From: an uncultured virus (IMG/VR IMGVR_UViG_3300002349_000003)
Lineage: Duplodnaviria > Heunggongvirae > Uroviricota > Caudoviricetes
Strand: one strand, 5' to 3'
Length of the DNA: 64,000 bases
IMG/VR virus record: IMGVR_UViG_3300002349_000003
The notes beneath the pieces were generated by a model. It did no database searches. It saw nothing but the letters and a program-made list of their open reading frames with translations, and was not told the origin of the DNA. A program made the position numbers and the translations under genes. Positions 29,753 through 38,811 of this stretch are shown here, piece by piece. The stretch's first letter is position 1. Each line of letters starts with the position of its first letter.

Positions 29753-30366
29753 GTTACCTTTTTACAAACAATCAAGAAATTAAAAATGATGTTGGAAATC
29801 CTATACCAGTATCGGGCACAGTAACAGCAAATGTTGGTAATATTATAACAGTTGTTACTTCTGAAGAAGCTGGTGAGTTGTATGCATTTAATAATCATGC
29901 TACGAATACTAATCGTGGCTGGACTATGGATAATACTATGAGACCATTGATTAGTTTTCAAAATGGTAGTGCTAATTCTGCTGATATAATTAAAATTATG
30001 GAATACGAAATTGGTAATAATAATGCTAATCAATCTACTATTATCTATGAGTGGTATGAAGGTCCGTTGAATATTGCTGGTACAACTGTACCAGCTTGGA
30101 CTACATTTGGAATCCATAGTCAATACCGAGTGTATCAGGATGTTTATTCTAGTAACCAAGGTAATACATTTACTGTACCAAATGGAAATGGAACCTATAT
30201 GAGACACAGTGGAGTTATTATTGGAAAGAATACTTCAGGTGATGAAGGTCCAGCAAGCATGCATGGTGGAGGAAGTCCAAATATGTTAACACTTTGCATT
30301 AGACGGGTTGATAATGCCACTAAATTAGATGTTTGGTTTGCATTTACAGTTAAAGAACTAACTTAA
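29749..30366 (+). CDS. Hypothetical structural protein
   Basis: NDVGNPIPVSG motif; Asn/Thr/Gly-rich. Confidence 0.5.
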   Translation: MSYLFTNNQEIKNDVGNPIPVSGTVTANVGNIITVVTSEEAGELYAFNNHATNTNRGWTMDNTMRPLISFQNGSANSADIIKIMEYEIGNNNANQSTIIYEWYEGPLNIAGTTVPAWTTFGIHSQYRVYQDVYSSNQGNTFTVPNGNGTYMRHSGVIIGKNTSGDEGPASMHGGGSPNMLTLCIRRVDNATKLDVWFAFTVKELT

Positions 30367-30407
30367 TATATTAAATAAATATATCTACAATCAATAAGGA
30401 GATAACA

Positions 30408-30992
30408 ATGAGTTTATGGGGAAAAACGGACGCTGATGCTAGCGTCCCAAAATATTTAAACGAAGAACAACGTGCAAAAGCAATCTTCATTGATAATACT
30501 GAAGCCGCTGATGCAGATACAAAAGCAAAAGGTATTACTGGTCCAGGTTGGTGGTTGTATGAACAGTATAAAAATGCGGCTGGAGCAATCCGTCACAAAG
30601 CAGAATGCTTGATTCCAATGACCGTTACTGCAGTTGCTGCTGGCGACCGTACTAATGATGCTGGTATCGACACTGCGGGAACTTATGATATTACTTTAAC
30701 AACTAAACCAGTTGCACGTTCTGTAACAGCTCCCGCTGCTACTACATTTGCAGTTGTTGCTGCAATCAGTTCTGGTGGTGGTGCATTGTCTTATCAGTGG
30801 CAAAGATCAACAGTTGCTAATGGCAACACTTATGCTAACGTGACTGATGCTGGTGTTTATACTGGTGCTACTACTGCTACATTAGCAATCAGTGCAACAA
30901 CTGGTCTAAACGGATTCAAATATCGTGTTATTGTTTCGGCTACTAATGCTGTAAGTGAAACATCACCCGCAGTCAAACTTACTGTAGCATAA
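30408..30992 (+). CDS. Ig-like domain virion protein
   Basis: MSLWG start; C-terminal LSYQWQ...TLAI...NGFKYRVIVS Ig domain; late promoter. Confidence 0.75.
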   Translation: MSLWGKTDADASVPKYLNEEQRAKAIFIDNTEAADADTKAKGITGPGWWLYEQYKNAAGAIRHKAECLIPMTVTAVAAGDRTNDAGIDTAGTYDITLTTKPVARSVTAPAATTFAVVAAISSGGGALSYQWQRSTVANGNTYANVTDAGVYTGATTATLAISATTGLNGFKYRVIVSATNAVSETSPAVKLTVA

Positions 30993-30993
30993 G

Positions 30994-31341
30994 ATGAAAT
31001 TAAGCACTGAGAATTTTATACAATTTGCAATGAATTGCTATGAAAACCCTCAGTGCTTTTCCATTAGAGAATTCGAATCAGACCTATGTAGATTCGATTA
31101 TATAAATAAATTATTCAAGCGGTACGTTGAACAAGATACACTGAGAGAACGATTGATTCTGAATCATATAATTGTTCTCTACAATGTATTTGGTGATAAT
31201 GCTACCAAAATGTTACTTTTTAAAATAGATGATAGTTATGGTGATATGTTATTGCCATTCTTATTGTATCTTAACAGAATACCAGAACAAGATTTAGGTC
31301 ATCTGGATCCAACTATAATATCTGTACTTCGGAAACTATAA
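30994..31341 (+). CDS. Conserved T4-like hypothetical protein
   Basis: YENPQC, LRERLILNHIIVLYNVFG. Confidence 0.65.
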   Translation: MKLSTENFIQFAMNCYENPQCFSIREFESDLCRFDYINKLFKRYVEQDTLRERLILNHIIVLYNVFGDNATKMLLFKIDDSYGDMLLPFLLYLNRIPEQDLGHLDPTIISVLRKL

Positions 31342-31847
31342 TGAGAATTATCGACAATCTCCTAGCCTATAGAATACTTTCAATGTTAGTAACTCCATTT
31401 GAAGAATCAGATGCATTCAAGTTGGGTATTATAGATGCTAAGGGTAAAATCCTCAAAAAGCAAAATCAACTCACTACTCCAGAAGAAAAGGATGCTTACA
31501 CGTATCTTCAACGTCTAGTATTCAATCTTAAAAGATTACTCAATAAGTTACCAGGTGGAGACAAATACACCAAGAATCTTATTGCTGCTTATTTCCTAAT
31601 CAAAGAATCATACCAACATAATGACGATTCAAATTTAGAATCAAGATTTACTACATTACTTGAAACCATTGACCAAAAGAATATCATATTGGTTGAAGAA
31701 GAAATCCTCGTTAAGAAATTCCTCGATGAAGAAGGTGGAGTACTTCCTGCTAATAATACTTCAGGTGTTGCTAATCCCGAATTCAAATTAGGCCAAAAGA
31801 AAGTCATTAAGAGAAAAGCTAATGTTCCTACTGAATCTAATTCCTGA
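31341..31847 (+). CDS. Conserved T4-like hypothetical protein
   Basis: AFKLGIIDAKG, RLVFNLKRLL. Confidence 0.65.
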   Translation: MRIIDNLLAYRILSMLVTPFEESDAFKLGIIDAKGKILKKQNQLTTPEEKDAYTYLQRLVFNLKRLLNKLPGGDKYTKNLIAAYFLIKESYQHNDDSNLESRFTTLLETIDQKNIILVEEEILVKKFLDEEGGVLPANNTSGVANPEFKLGQKKVIKRKANVPTESNS

Positions 31848-32403
31848 GTGGTTAACCTACCTTCTTAGTGGCATCTCATTCTTAGGACTTGTTCTAGGTG
31901 TATTGATACCAATTCCTGCTCATTACAAGATGGCTCTGTATTCTGGGTTAGGCATGTTACTATGCCTGAATTCATTTGCTATAGGAGTTTCGGTAAACGA
32001 AGCAAACTGGCAAGTAAAAGTTAAAGATATGCAAATCCAGATTGCACAACTAGAAACCAAAACTGCTGAAGTGACGACAAAAGTTGTTACTGAATATATA
32101 GAAAAAGTCAAAATAGTGGAAGGCAAAACTCATGTTATCATTAAGAAAGTTCCTGAATATATTACCAAAGAATCTGATGCTAAGTGTAGTATCAATACTG
32201 GTGCTATCGAGTTGCTCAACGCTGCCGCAGAAAACAAAGTTCCCGAATCCTCCAGAACTTCTTATGAAGGACCCTCCGATGTTAAACTCTCTACCCTTGT
32301 TGAATCCGTCAGTGGAAACTACGGTACGTACTATCAAGTAGTAGAACAACTTAAATCACTCCAAGATTGGATTAGAAAACAAAAGGATTTGAACAATGAG
32401 TGA
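31822..32403 (+). CDS. Inner-membrane spanin (Rz-like)
   Basis: N-terminal TM helices, coiled coil, C-terminal LQDWI; embedded lipoprotein gene. Confidence 0.8.
   Translation: MFLLNLIPEWLTYLLSGISFLGLVLGVLIPIPAHYKMALYSGLGMLLCLNSFAIGVSVNEANWQVKVKDMQIQIAQLETKTAEVTTKVVTEYIEKVKIVEGKTHVIIKKVPEYITKESDAKCSINTGAIELLNAAAENKVPESSRTSYEGPSDVKLSTLVESVSGNYGTYYQVVEQLKSLQDWIRKQKDLNNE
32132..32341 (+). CDS. Outer-membrane spanin lipoprotein (Rz1-like), embedded in the +1 frame
   Basis: Hydrophobic signal with lipobox LSSC; Pro-rich FPNPPELLMKDPP. Confidence 0.8.
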   Translation: MLSLRKFLNILPKNLMLSVVSILVLSSCSTLPQKTKFPNPPELLMKDPPMLNSLPLLNPSVETTVRTIK

Positions 32404-32833
32404 CCATAATTCACCATGTAATGACCTTAATAAACTTGTAACTGAAGTAGCTGTTCTGCAGAATGTAGTTTACAAGATAGATAATACAGTTGCAGAAATT
32501 GCTAAAGCATCGTCAGAAGTATCAAGATTATTAATAGTACACGACAACAGACTAAACAATCTTGAGAATAATAATAAAGAAACTACAACTGATGTCAAGG
32601 ATCTATACAAGAAAATGGAAGAAACTACTAAAGAGATTGTGGATAAGTTAGATGATATGGAATTTCGTATTGAATCTAAACTTAAAGAACATGAAGAAAA
32701 ATCAGATGAATATAGAGAAGATATTTCTGAAAGGTTGAATGCATTAGAAACTTGGAAGTGGTTAGTAGTTGGTGGCAGTATAGTAATTGGATACCTTATT
32801 GACCATTCAGATATATTGAAACTATTCAAATAA
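32396..32833 (+). CDS. Coiled-coil protein with C-terminal TM helix (lysis-associated candidate)
   Basis: RLNALETWKWLVVGG; adjacent to spanins. Confidence 0.55.
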   Translation: MSDHNSPCNDLNKLVTEVAVLQNVVYKIDNTVAEIAKASSEVSRLLIVHDNRLNNLENNNKETTTDVKDLYKKMEETTKEIVDKLDDMEFRIESKLKEHEEKSDEYREDISERLNALETWKWLVVGGSIVIGYLIDHSDILKLFK

Positions 32834-32838
32834 TAATA

Positions 32839-32901
32839 AATTAGTATTGATAAGACCAGTTAATTTATTATACATCAAACCCAGTCAAAAGTAAACATTA
32901 T
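32839..32901 (-). promoter_or_regulatory. Antisense early-type promoter, copy 2
   Basis: Minus strand GTTTAC-N18-TATAAT; matches 6021-6085. Confidence 0.7.
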
Positions 32902-33031
32902 TCCCTAAAATAATTCAACAGTTATCACTTTATAGGTGATGCTGTGTCACGAGTAAAATTTGCTAAATAGTGTGTACAAATATCAAAAATATGATATAAT
33001 ATAATCTTTATTCTACTACAAAAGGTGATCT

Positions 33032-34138
33032 ATGAAATTAGCAGTATTGAAATTAGGCGCAAGAATTGTTTTTGGCCAAAAGGTTGGATCAAGCGGAGGA
33101 TCAGGTGAAGCTGCTTCTTTAATAGAAATGATGGTTGAAGGTGGATGTGAAGTTGACTGTTATACTAAGGTATTGTCTTCAGATCAACAAAACAGATCAG
33201 TCAACGTGCTTAATATTGAAGACCATTATGAGAATATTACCAGTAATGTATACGATGCATTAGTAGTCATTAATGGCGCTGTTAATTTCTTTGGTGGCCA
33301 AGAAGACAGACCACAGATTCTTAATTATAAAGCAATAAACAACTTTAATGGAAAAATCATTTACTTGTACTGTGACCCGAATTTATCTCTAAAACAAATT
33401 TGGCCTTCTATTGAGAAGAAACCCTGGGCTTCAAATTGGAATAAGGAAGATATTAATATTACAAAGCCTATTAATGTGATTTCGCAATCATACAATTTAG
33501 AAAAAAATAAAGCACTATTTGAGAAAAATGGATATCCTGTAGAATCTATTGTGCAATATGATTTCCAAAAATTCCCAATGATGAAACCAAGAGAAACTTC
33601 TATTCTAGGAAAGACTGTTGATTTGTCTTATGGAGGAACCTTTAGATCTGGTAGAAGAGAAAAGAAATTAATAGAATTCTATTTTGGACTCCCAGAAGAT
33701 ATTTCGGTAGAAGTATTCGGTAAAATTAAAATTACGGACTTTAATGAGAAAAAAGTAACCGGATTACGTCCGCCAAAGTTTCTTCCTCCAGTCGATTATA
33801 ATAATATGATTCAGAAAATGTCTTCTTCTAAAACCCATATTGCTATTGGTGATAATCAATACCCAGATTTTGAAATGATCTCTCAAAGAGTATATGAATC
33901 TATTATGGCGGGAACTTTATTATTCATTGATAATGAATTTGATAAGAATAAAAGAATTTTTGGAAACAATACTGAACTTTCCAATTTGCTATATATCAAT
34001 GACAGAAATCAATTTGCAGATAGATTAAAATCATTGTCAGATTCTGATTACGAATCACTAATAGAACTTCAACATTCATGTGTAGATTTTAATAAATCAG
34101 AATATTGTTTAAACTTTGTAAAACTTTTGGAGGTATAA
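33032..34138 (+). CDS. bgt: DNA beta-glucosyltransferase homolog (GT-B)
   Basis: NFFGG, QIWP.IEKKPW, YGGTFRSGRREKK, IGD..Y, RVYE, IDNEFD match T4 BGT motifs as recalled. Confidence 0.88.
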   Translation: MKLAVLKLGARIVFGQKVGSSGGSGEAASLIEMMVEGGCEVDCYTKVLSSDQQNRSVNVLNIEDHYENITSNVYDALVVINGAVNFFGGQEDRPQILNYKAINNFNGKIIYLYCDPNLSLKQIWPSIEKKPWASNWNKEDINITKPINVISQSYNLEKNKALFEKNGYPVESIVQYDFQKFPMMKPRETSILGKTVDLSYGGTFRSGRREKKLIEFYFGLPEDISVEVFGKIKITDFNEKKVTGLRPPKFLPPVDYNNMIQKMSSSKTHIAIGDNQYPDFEMISQRVYESIMAGTLLFIDNEFDKNKRIFGNNTELSNLLYINDRNQFADRLKSLSDSDYESLIELQHSCVDFNKSEYCLNFVKLLEV

Positions 34139-34139
34139 T

Positions 34140-34952
34140 ATGGAACAAGAAAAAGACGTATTTGATGACAGTTCAGCAGTATTTTTTAAAAATGGATTCC
34201 TTGGTAAAATAAAATTTTCCAGTGCATGGCATATTGCATTCATTAGCAGATATACTTCAACATGCACAGAAATTACCAAAATCAAAAGAAAAAATACTGA
34301 AGATTATGTTACTATATTAGATGTTGGGTGTGGTAATAAAACATTCTATCAATTTTGGTCTAAAAGTTTTGAAAGTTTATTGCGTCCCAGAGTGGATTAC
34401 TTGGGTTTAGAATATGAACAATCTGTTGTAGATGAAGCAAATTCACCAACTGGAAGAGAATCTGTCAACAAATACAAAGTCATTCACTGTGATCTAAATA
34501 CTACTTCATTTCATGACATTAAGCATCACGACAAATATGACGTAATTCTGTTGCAGGAAATTCTAGAACATATTCCAAAAGAAACTGCATTGAAACTTAT
34601 AAAAGAAGCATCTGAATTGGTATCAGATAGAGGATTTATTGTCATATCATCTCCTAATCCAAAAAAGGACGAAGGTCAAGAATTTGTATGGCCAGAGAAT
34701 CACATTCAAGAGTTTACTTTGGACGAAATGCATGATATGATAACCACTAATGGATTAAGTATCAGAAGAGTCAATGGGTGGTTAGGTAAAGCCAGATATT
34801 TTAAAAAGCATTTGAGTTCTAACAATATGGCTCTATATAACCAATTAAAAGGGATTTCGCAAGGATTCGCGGCAAGTACGATAGCATTTCTAAATCCAAA
34901 GATTGCAGAATGTTATATTTTTATTGCAGAAAAAAATAAGGGTATATTATGA
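34140..34952 (+). CDS. Class I SAM-dependent methyltransferase
   Basis: ILDVGCG, YDVILLQEILEHI, ISSPN, HIQEFT. Confidence 0.9.
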   Translation: MEQEKDVFDDSSAVFFKNGFLGKIKFSSAWHIAFISRYTSTCTEITKIKRKNTEDYVTILDVGCGNKTFYQFWSKSFESLLRPRVDYLGLEYEQSVVDEANSPTGRESVNKYKVIHCDLNTTSFHDIKHHDKYDVILLQEILEHIPKETALKLIKEASELVSDRGFIVISSPNPKKDEGQEFVWPENHIQEFTLDEMHDMITTNGLSIRRVNGWLGKARYFKKHLSSNNMALYNQLKGISQGFAASTIAFLNPKIAECYIFIAEKNKGIL

Positions 34953-36661
34953 AAATCGTAATATTTTCAGGTGGCACTGGTTCAGTTCAATTACAGAAAG
35001 GTCTATATGAAACATTTGGTAAAGATGTATTAGACTATACGGTCATTACAAACTTAGCGGATAACGGTCTTTCTACTGGAGAATGCAGAAAAGTTATGGA
35101 TGGAAAAATTATGGGTCCGTCCGATTTAAGAAAGAATCAAATGCTAAGAGCAAAACTGGAAAATAGTATATCAGAAAAATTGTATGAATTCCTAAATGAC
35201 AGAATAACTATTTCTGCCGATGAAGTTCAATCGGTGCTTTTAGACAGAATCCATAAACTAGACATTGATATGTTTTATAGAGGTGTATTAGCTTCTGGAG
35301 TGAATCAATTCTTTGATAGCCAGTTATCATCACAGATAGATTATATTGACTTTTCAATTTCTAATATCATTTATTCTGGAATAGCAAAGAAACATAACTA
35401 TTCATTGGATTCTGCAGGAAAAGTATTTGAAGGAATATTAGACATTCCAGAGAATAGTGTAATTTCTAATACTGATTCTCCGATGTATCTTATGGCTAAA
35501 ACCCAATCTGGTTATATTATACATGACGAAGCTGATATAGTATCATGGAATAATCCTGATGATAAAATCGTAGATTGTTTCTTTGTTGATAACCATAATA
35601 AGCCAGTAATTCCAGAATTATCAGAACTTTCGAAATCTGTAATATTATCAGCAGACATTATAATTTTTTCATCCGGGACTCAATGGTCATCTCTTATTCC
35701 GACATATAAATCCATAGGATTCTCTGAAACTATATCAGAATCGAAAGCAAAGAAATATTTAATTCTTAATGCTAGTCAAGATGCTGATATGAAAGGTGTA
35801 TCTGGTGACGAATTGATTAATATTCTTATGGGTTATTTACCAAAAGATACTACTATCATTTCTGCTTTAGACGGTGACCCTTTATTAATTCCTGATTCGT
35901 ATCAAAAAATCTCAGCTTTCTTACTTAATCAGGGTAAACACGACGGGAAGGCATTGGTAAAAACTATTTTTGACCACTATTATAATTACCCAAAGATTAG
36001 TGACCAATACGTTTTCGATTATGATGATACTATTGTTGCTAGAGGCTCGCAGCACTCTAAAGTATCTAAATCCAATGTCAAAAGAGTTCAAGAACTTTAT
36101 AATAAGACTAATAATGTTTGGATATCTACTGGAAATACTATCAATGCTTTGCATGGAAATTTTTCTAATATTAAAGCATTAGCAGATGGTGGTGTTAATC
36201 TATACAAATTTAATAAAGAAGGAATTCCGCAATTCGAAAAATGCCTAGATAATGATTTACTTTTCTCTAAAAATGATATAGAATATATTACGGCAGATAT
36301 TGTAGACTGTGGAATTGATATTACTAAAATCCAAATACGTGGAAAGGTAATGATTTCTATCAAACCAATATCTCCTGAATACAGACATAGCATTAAATTA
36401 TTATTAGAATCTAAACTAAGCAAATACGATCTATTAATTAGAATGTCTGGAAGAACAACGATTGACATTACAAAACCAAACTTGGATAAAATTTTAGCAA
36501 CAGAAACTCTATTCGTTAATGATTTTACTTATATTGGTGATGAAGGTGAATCTGGCAATGACCACCAAATATCACAATGTGGACATTGCAATTTTATACC
36601 AGTTAAAGATGTCAAAGATACTAACATGTACTTAGCAATTCTATTGGGAAAAGATGATTAA
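34949..36661 (+). CDS. YvcK/CofD-family domain fused to a HAD-IIB phosphatase/phosphomutase
   Basis: N-term FSGGTGS, DNGLSTG, GPSDLRKN, GTQWSSLIP; C-term FDYDDT, STGN, GRTTIDI, YIGDE...GND. Confidence 0.82.
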   Translation: MKIVIFSGGTGSVQLQKGLYETFGKDVLDYTVITNLADNGLSTGECRKVMDGKIMGPSDLRKNQMLRAKLENSISEKLYEFLNDRITISADEVQSVLLDRIHKLDIDMFYRGVLASGVNQFFDSQLSSQIDYIDFSISNIIYSGIAKKHNYSLDSAGKVFEGILDIPENSVISNTDSPMYLMAKTQSGYIIHDEADIVSWNNPDDKIVDCFFVDNHNKPVIPELSELSKSVILSADIIIFSSGTQWSSLIPTYKSIGFSETISESKAKKYLILNASQDADMKGVSGDELINILMGYLPKDTTIISALDGDPLLIPDSYQKISAFLLNQGKHDGKALVKTIFDHYYNYPKISDQYVFDYDDTIVARGSQHSKVSKSNVKRVQELYNKTNNVWISTGNTINALHGNFSNIKALADGGVNLYKFNKEGIPQFEKCLDNDLLFSKNDIEYITADIVDCGIDITKIQIRGKVMISIKPISPEYRHSIKLLLESKLSKYDLLIRMSGRTTIDITKPNLDKILATETLFVNDFTYIGDEGESGNDHQISQCGHCNFIPVKDVKDTNMYLAILLGKDD

Positions 36662-37406
36662 TTTAATTATTATAGCTGCTGGAAACGGCAAAAGAATGGG
36701 AAACATTAATGTTCCAAAAGTATTATATCCAGTAAATGGAGTTCCTAATTTAAAAAGAATTATTACTAATGCTATAGAGTCCGAAGTATTTGACTCTATA
36801 GATTTAGTAATTAAAGATTCTGCAGTAAAAAGTTTTAAAGAATTTTTGGATAATAGTGAATTTGATATTAAAATAAATCTAATTCCTATAAATTCGGGAC
36901 TAGGAGATGGACATGCAATTCTTTCCATGTATAAGAATGCTCATCAATATAACAATTCTATATTGGTATGGGGCGATGTTTATATTGATAGTCCAATGAT
37001 ATTCAAAGAATTGAAAGATGTTGGAAGTTCTACTGGTAATAACTTTTCAAGCGCAGTAATTCCGGTATGTACTGAAAAGAATCCTTACGTTACTATATTG
37101 ACTGATTCTAATATGAACGCATTATCAGCAGACTTCTCTAAACTTGGAGAAACTCATTTGGAAGGATTCCACGATCAGTCTATATTCTATATCAATAACG
37201 ATGTAATATATGATAGTCTTCAAAAAATGCATGAAGTGTTATGGAAAAATGGACAATACATTACTCAATCAAAAGAATTAAATTTCTTACATATTCTTCA
37301 TTATTTAAGAAATATTAATTACCCAGCAAATTGTTATATTACTGAGTACCCAACAAAGTCGTTTAATAGTATTGAAGAATTGACAAAATTGGAAAATTCA
37401 TTATGA
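36654..37406 (+). CDS. Sugar-phosphate nucleotidyltransferase (NTP_transferase/GlmU-N-like)
   Basis: IIAAGNGKRM...PK.L, GLGDGHAI, WGD, FNS.EEL. Confidence 0.85.
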   Translation: MINLIIIAAGNGKRMGNINVPKVLYPVNGVPNLKRIITNAIESEVFDSIDLVIKDSAVKSFKEFLDNSEFDIKINLIPINSGLGDGHAILSMYKNAHQYNNSILVWGDVYIDSPMIFKELKDVGSSTGNNFSSAVIPVCTEKNPYVTILTDSNMNALSADFSKLGETHLEGFHDQSIFYINNDVIYDSLQKMHEVLWKNGQYITQSKELNFLHILHYLRNINYPANCYITEYPTKSFNSIEELTKLENSL

Positions 37407-37717
37407 TAAAAACCGATAAAAAATATATCCTATTGGGATCATCGAGACTTAGAAATTTTAAACAAGTTAATGATTCTGCTTGGAGATTCTCTTGCAATTA
37501 TTGTGGTGATTCTGTAAAGAATCCAAAGAAGACCCGCGGAAATATATACATGAAACACCACAAATTTCTTTATAAGTGTTTTAACTGCGGAATTTCTAAA
37601 TCTATTTCTGAATTCATTAAAGATTTGGATTCTAATTTGCATACAAAATATGAAATGGAAAATTATAAAGAAGGATCCTCAATCTCACCAGATTTATCAA
37701 TGTTCGGAGTAAAATGA
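37403..37717 (+). CDS. Stand-alone zinc-binding domain of a gp61-type primase
   Basis: C.YCGDS..N.KK.RG, YKCFNCG; stops after 104 aa with no TOPRIM domain. Confidence 0.8.
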   Translation: MIKTDKKYILLGSSRLRNFKQVNDSAWRFSCNYCGDSVKNPKKTRGNIYMKHHKFLYKCFNCGISKSISEFIKDLDSNLHTKYEMENYKEGSSISPDLSMFGVK

Positions 37718-37818
37718 AACTTTTGTTGCATCAACTATTAATTCCATTAATTACTTCCATAGTAATAACATACATAATTTACATATTGTAAGGAATCGCA
37801 TGACACACAGGGGAATAC

Positions 37819-38811
37819 ATGGCTATTAGAATCTTAAGCCCAAAGAGTGAATATATTACTGATTATCCAACTGCTATAGAATTTTCAGAACAACAGGCAT
37901 CAATAATTTGGTTTCCAGATGAAATAGAAGTAGAAAAGGATCTTCATGATCTGAAGACGAATTGCACAGAATCAGAGTATCACGGCGTAATATCAACACT
38001 GAAATTATTCACTCTATATGAATTAAATGTTGGTAATGATTACTGGCAAAATTATGTCAGTAAAGTCTTTCCTAGACCAGATATTCAAAGAATGGCCTCT
38101 ACCTTCTCGTTTATGGAATTAGGAGTACACGCTCCATTCTATAATAAAATCAACGAAGTTCTTGGATTAGATAATGTTGACTTTTATAACTCTTACAAAG
38201 AAGATGAAGTACTAGCCAATAGAATGAATTGGATTGCAAAAAGAACTACTAAAAAAGATTCTGTGTACAATGTCCTAAAATCGGTTGGAGTGTTTTCAAT
38301 GATTGAAGGAGCTATTCTTTATAGTTCATTTGCATTTCTTAAACATTTCAACTCGGCAGGAAAAAATAAACTCATCAATATAAATGCTGGAATAAATTTT
38401 TCAGCAATTGATGAAACCTTACACTCACAAGCAGGCGCATGGTTATTCAGAACATTAAAGTCAGAAGCTTTCGCCGATGAACAATTGACCTCTATTGAGT
38501 TAGTTGGCCTCAAAGAAGAATTGATAGAAACCGCAAGAGTTATTCTAGAGCACGAATCAATTATTATTGATAAAATTTTTGAGAAGGGCCATATTAAGGG
38601 AATAACAAACACCCAATTAAAAAACTTTGTTGAATCTAGATTAGATATATGTCTAGAAAATCTTTCATATAGTGGAATATTTAAACCGTCTTATAACCCA
38701 ATTAAAACCTGGTTCTATAAAGATATTGAAAGCTCAACTTTACATGACTTCTTTTCAAGTCAAGGTAATGATTATAGTCGCAATTGGTCAGAAGGAAAAT
38801 TTCAATGGTAA
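37819..38811 (+). CDS. nrdB: Ribonucleotide reductase class Ia beta subunit
   Basis: W...E, E..H...Y, EGAILYSSF, DETLH, DFF. Confidence 0.93.
   Translation: MAIRILSPKSEYITDYPTAIEFSEQQASIIWFPDEIEVEKDLHDLKTNCTESEYHGVISTLKLFTLYELNVGNDYWQNYVSKVFPRPDIQRMASTFSFMELGVHAPFYNKINEVLGLDNVDFYNSYKEDEVLANRMNWIAKRTTKKDSVYNVLKSVGVFSMIEGAILYSSFAFLKHFNSAGKNKLININAGINFSAIDETLHSQAGAWLFRTLKSEAFADEQLTSIELVGLKEELIETARVILEHESIIIDKIFEKGHIKGITNTQLKNFVESRLDICLENLSYSGIFKPSYNPIKTWFYKDIESSTLHDFFSSQGNDYSRNWSEGKFQW

Noticed and set aside
34140..34952. DNA methyltransferase call
   Set aside because: No DPPY/NPPY or PC catalytic motif; it resembles small-molecule or sugar methyltransferases.
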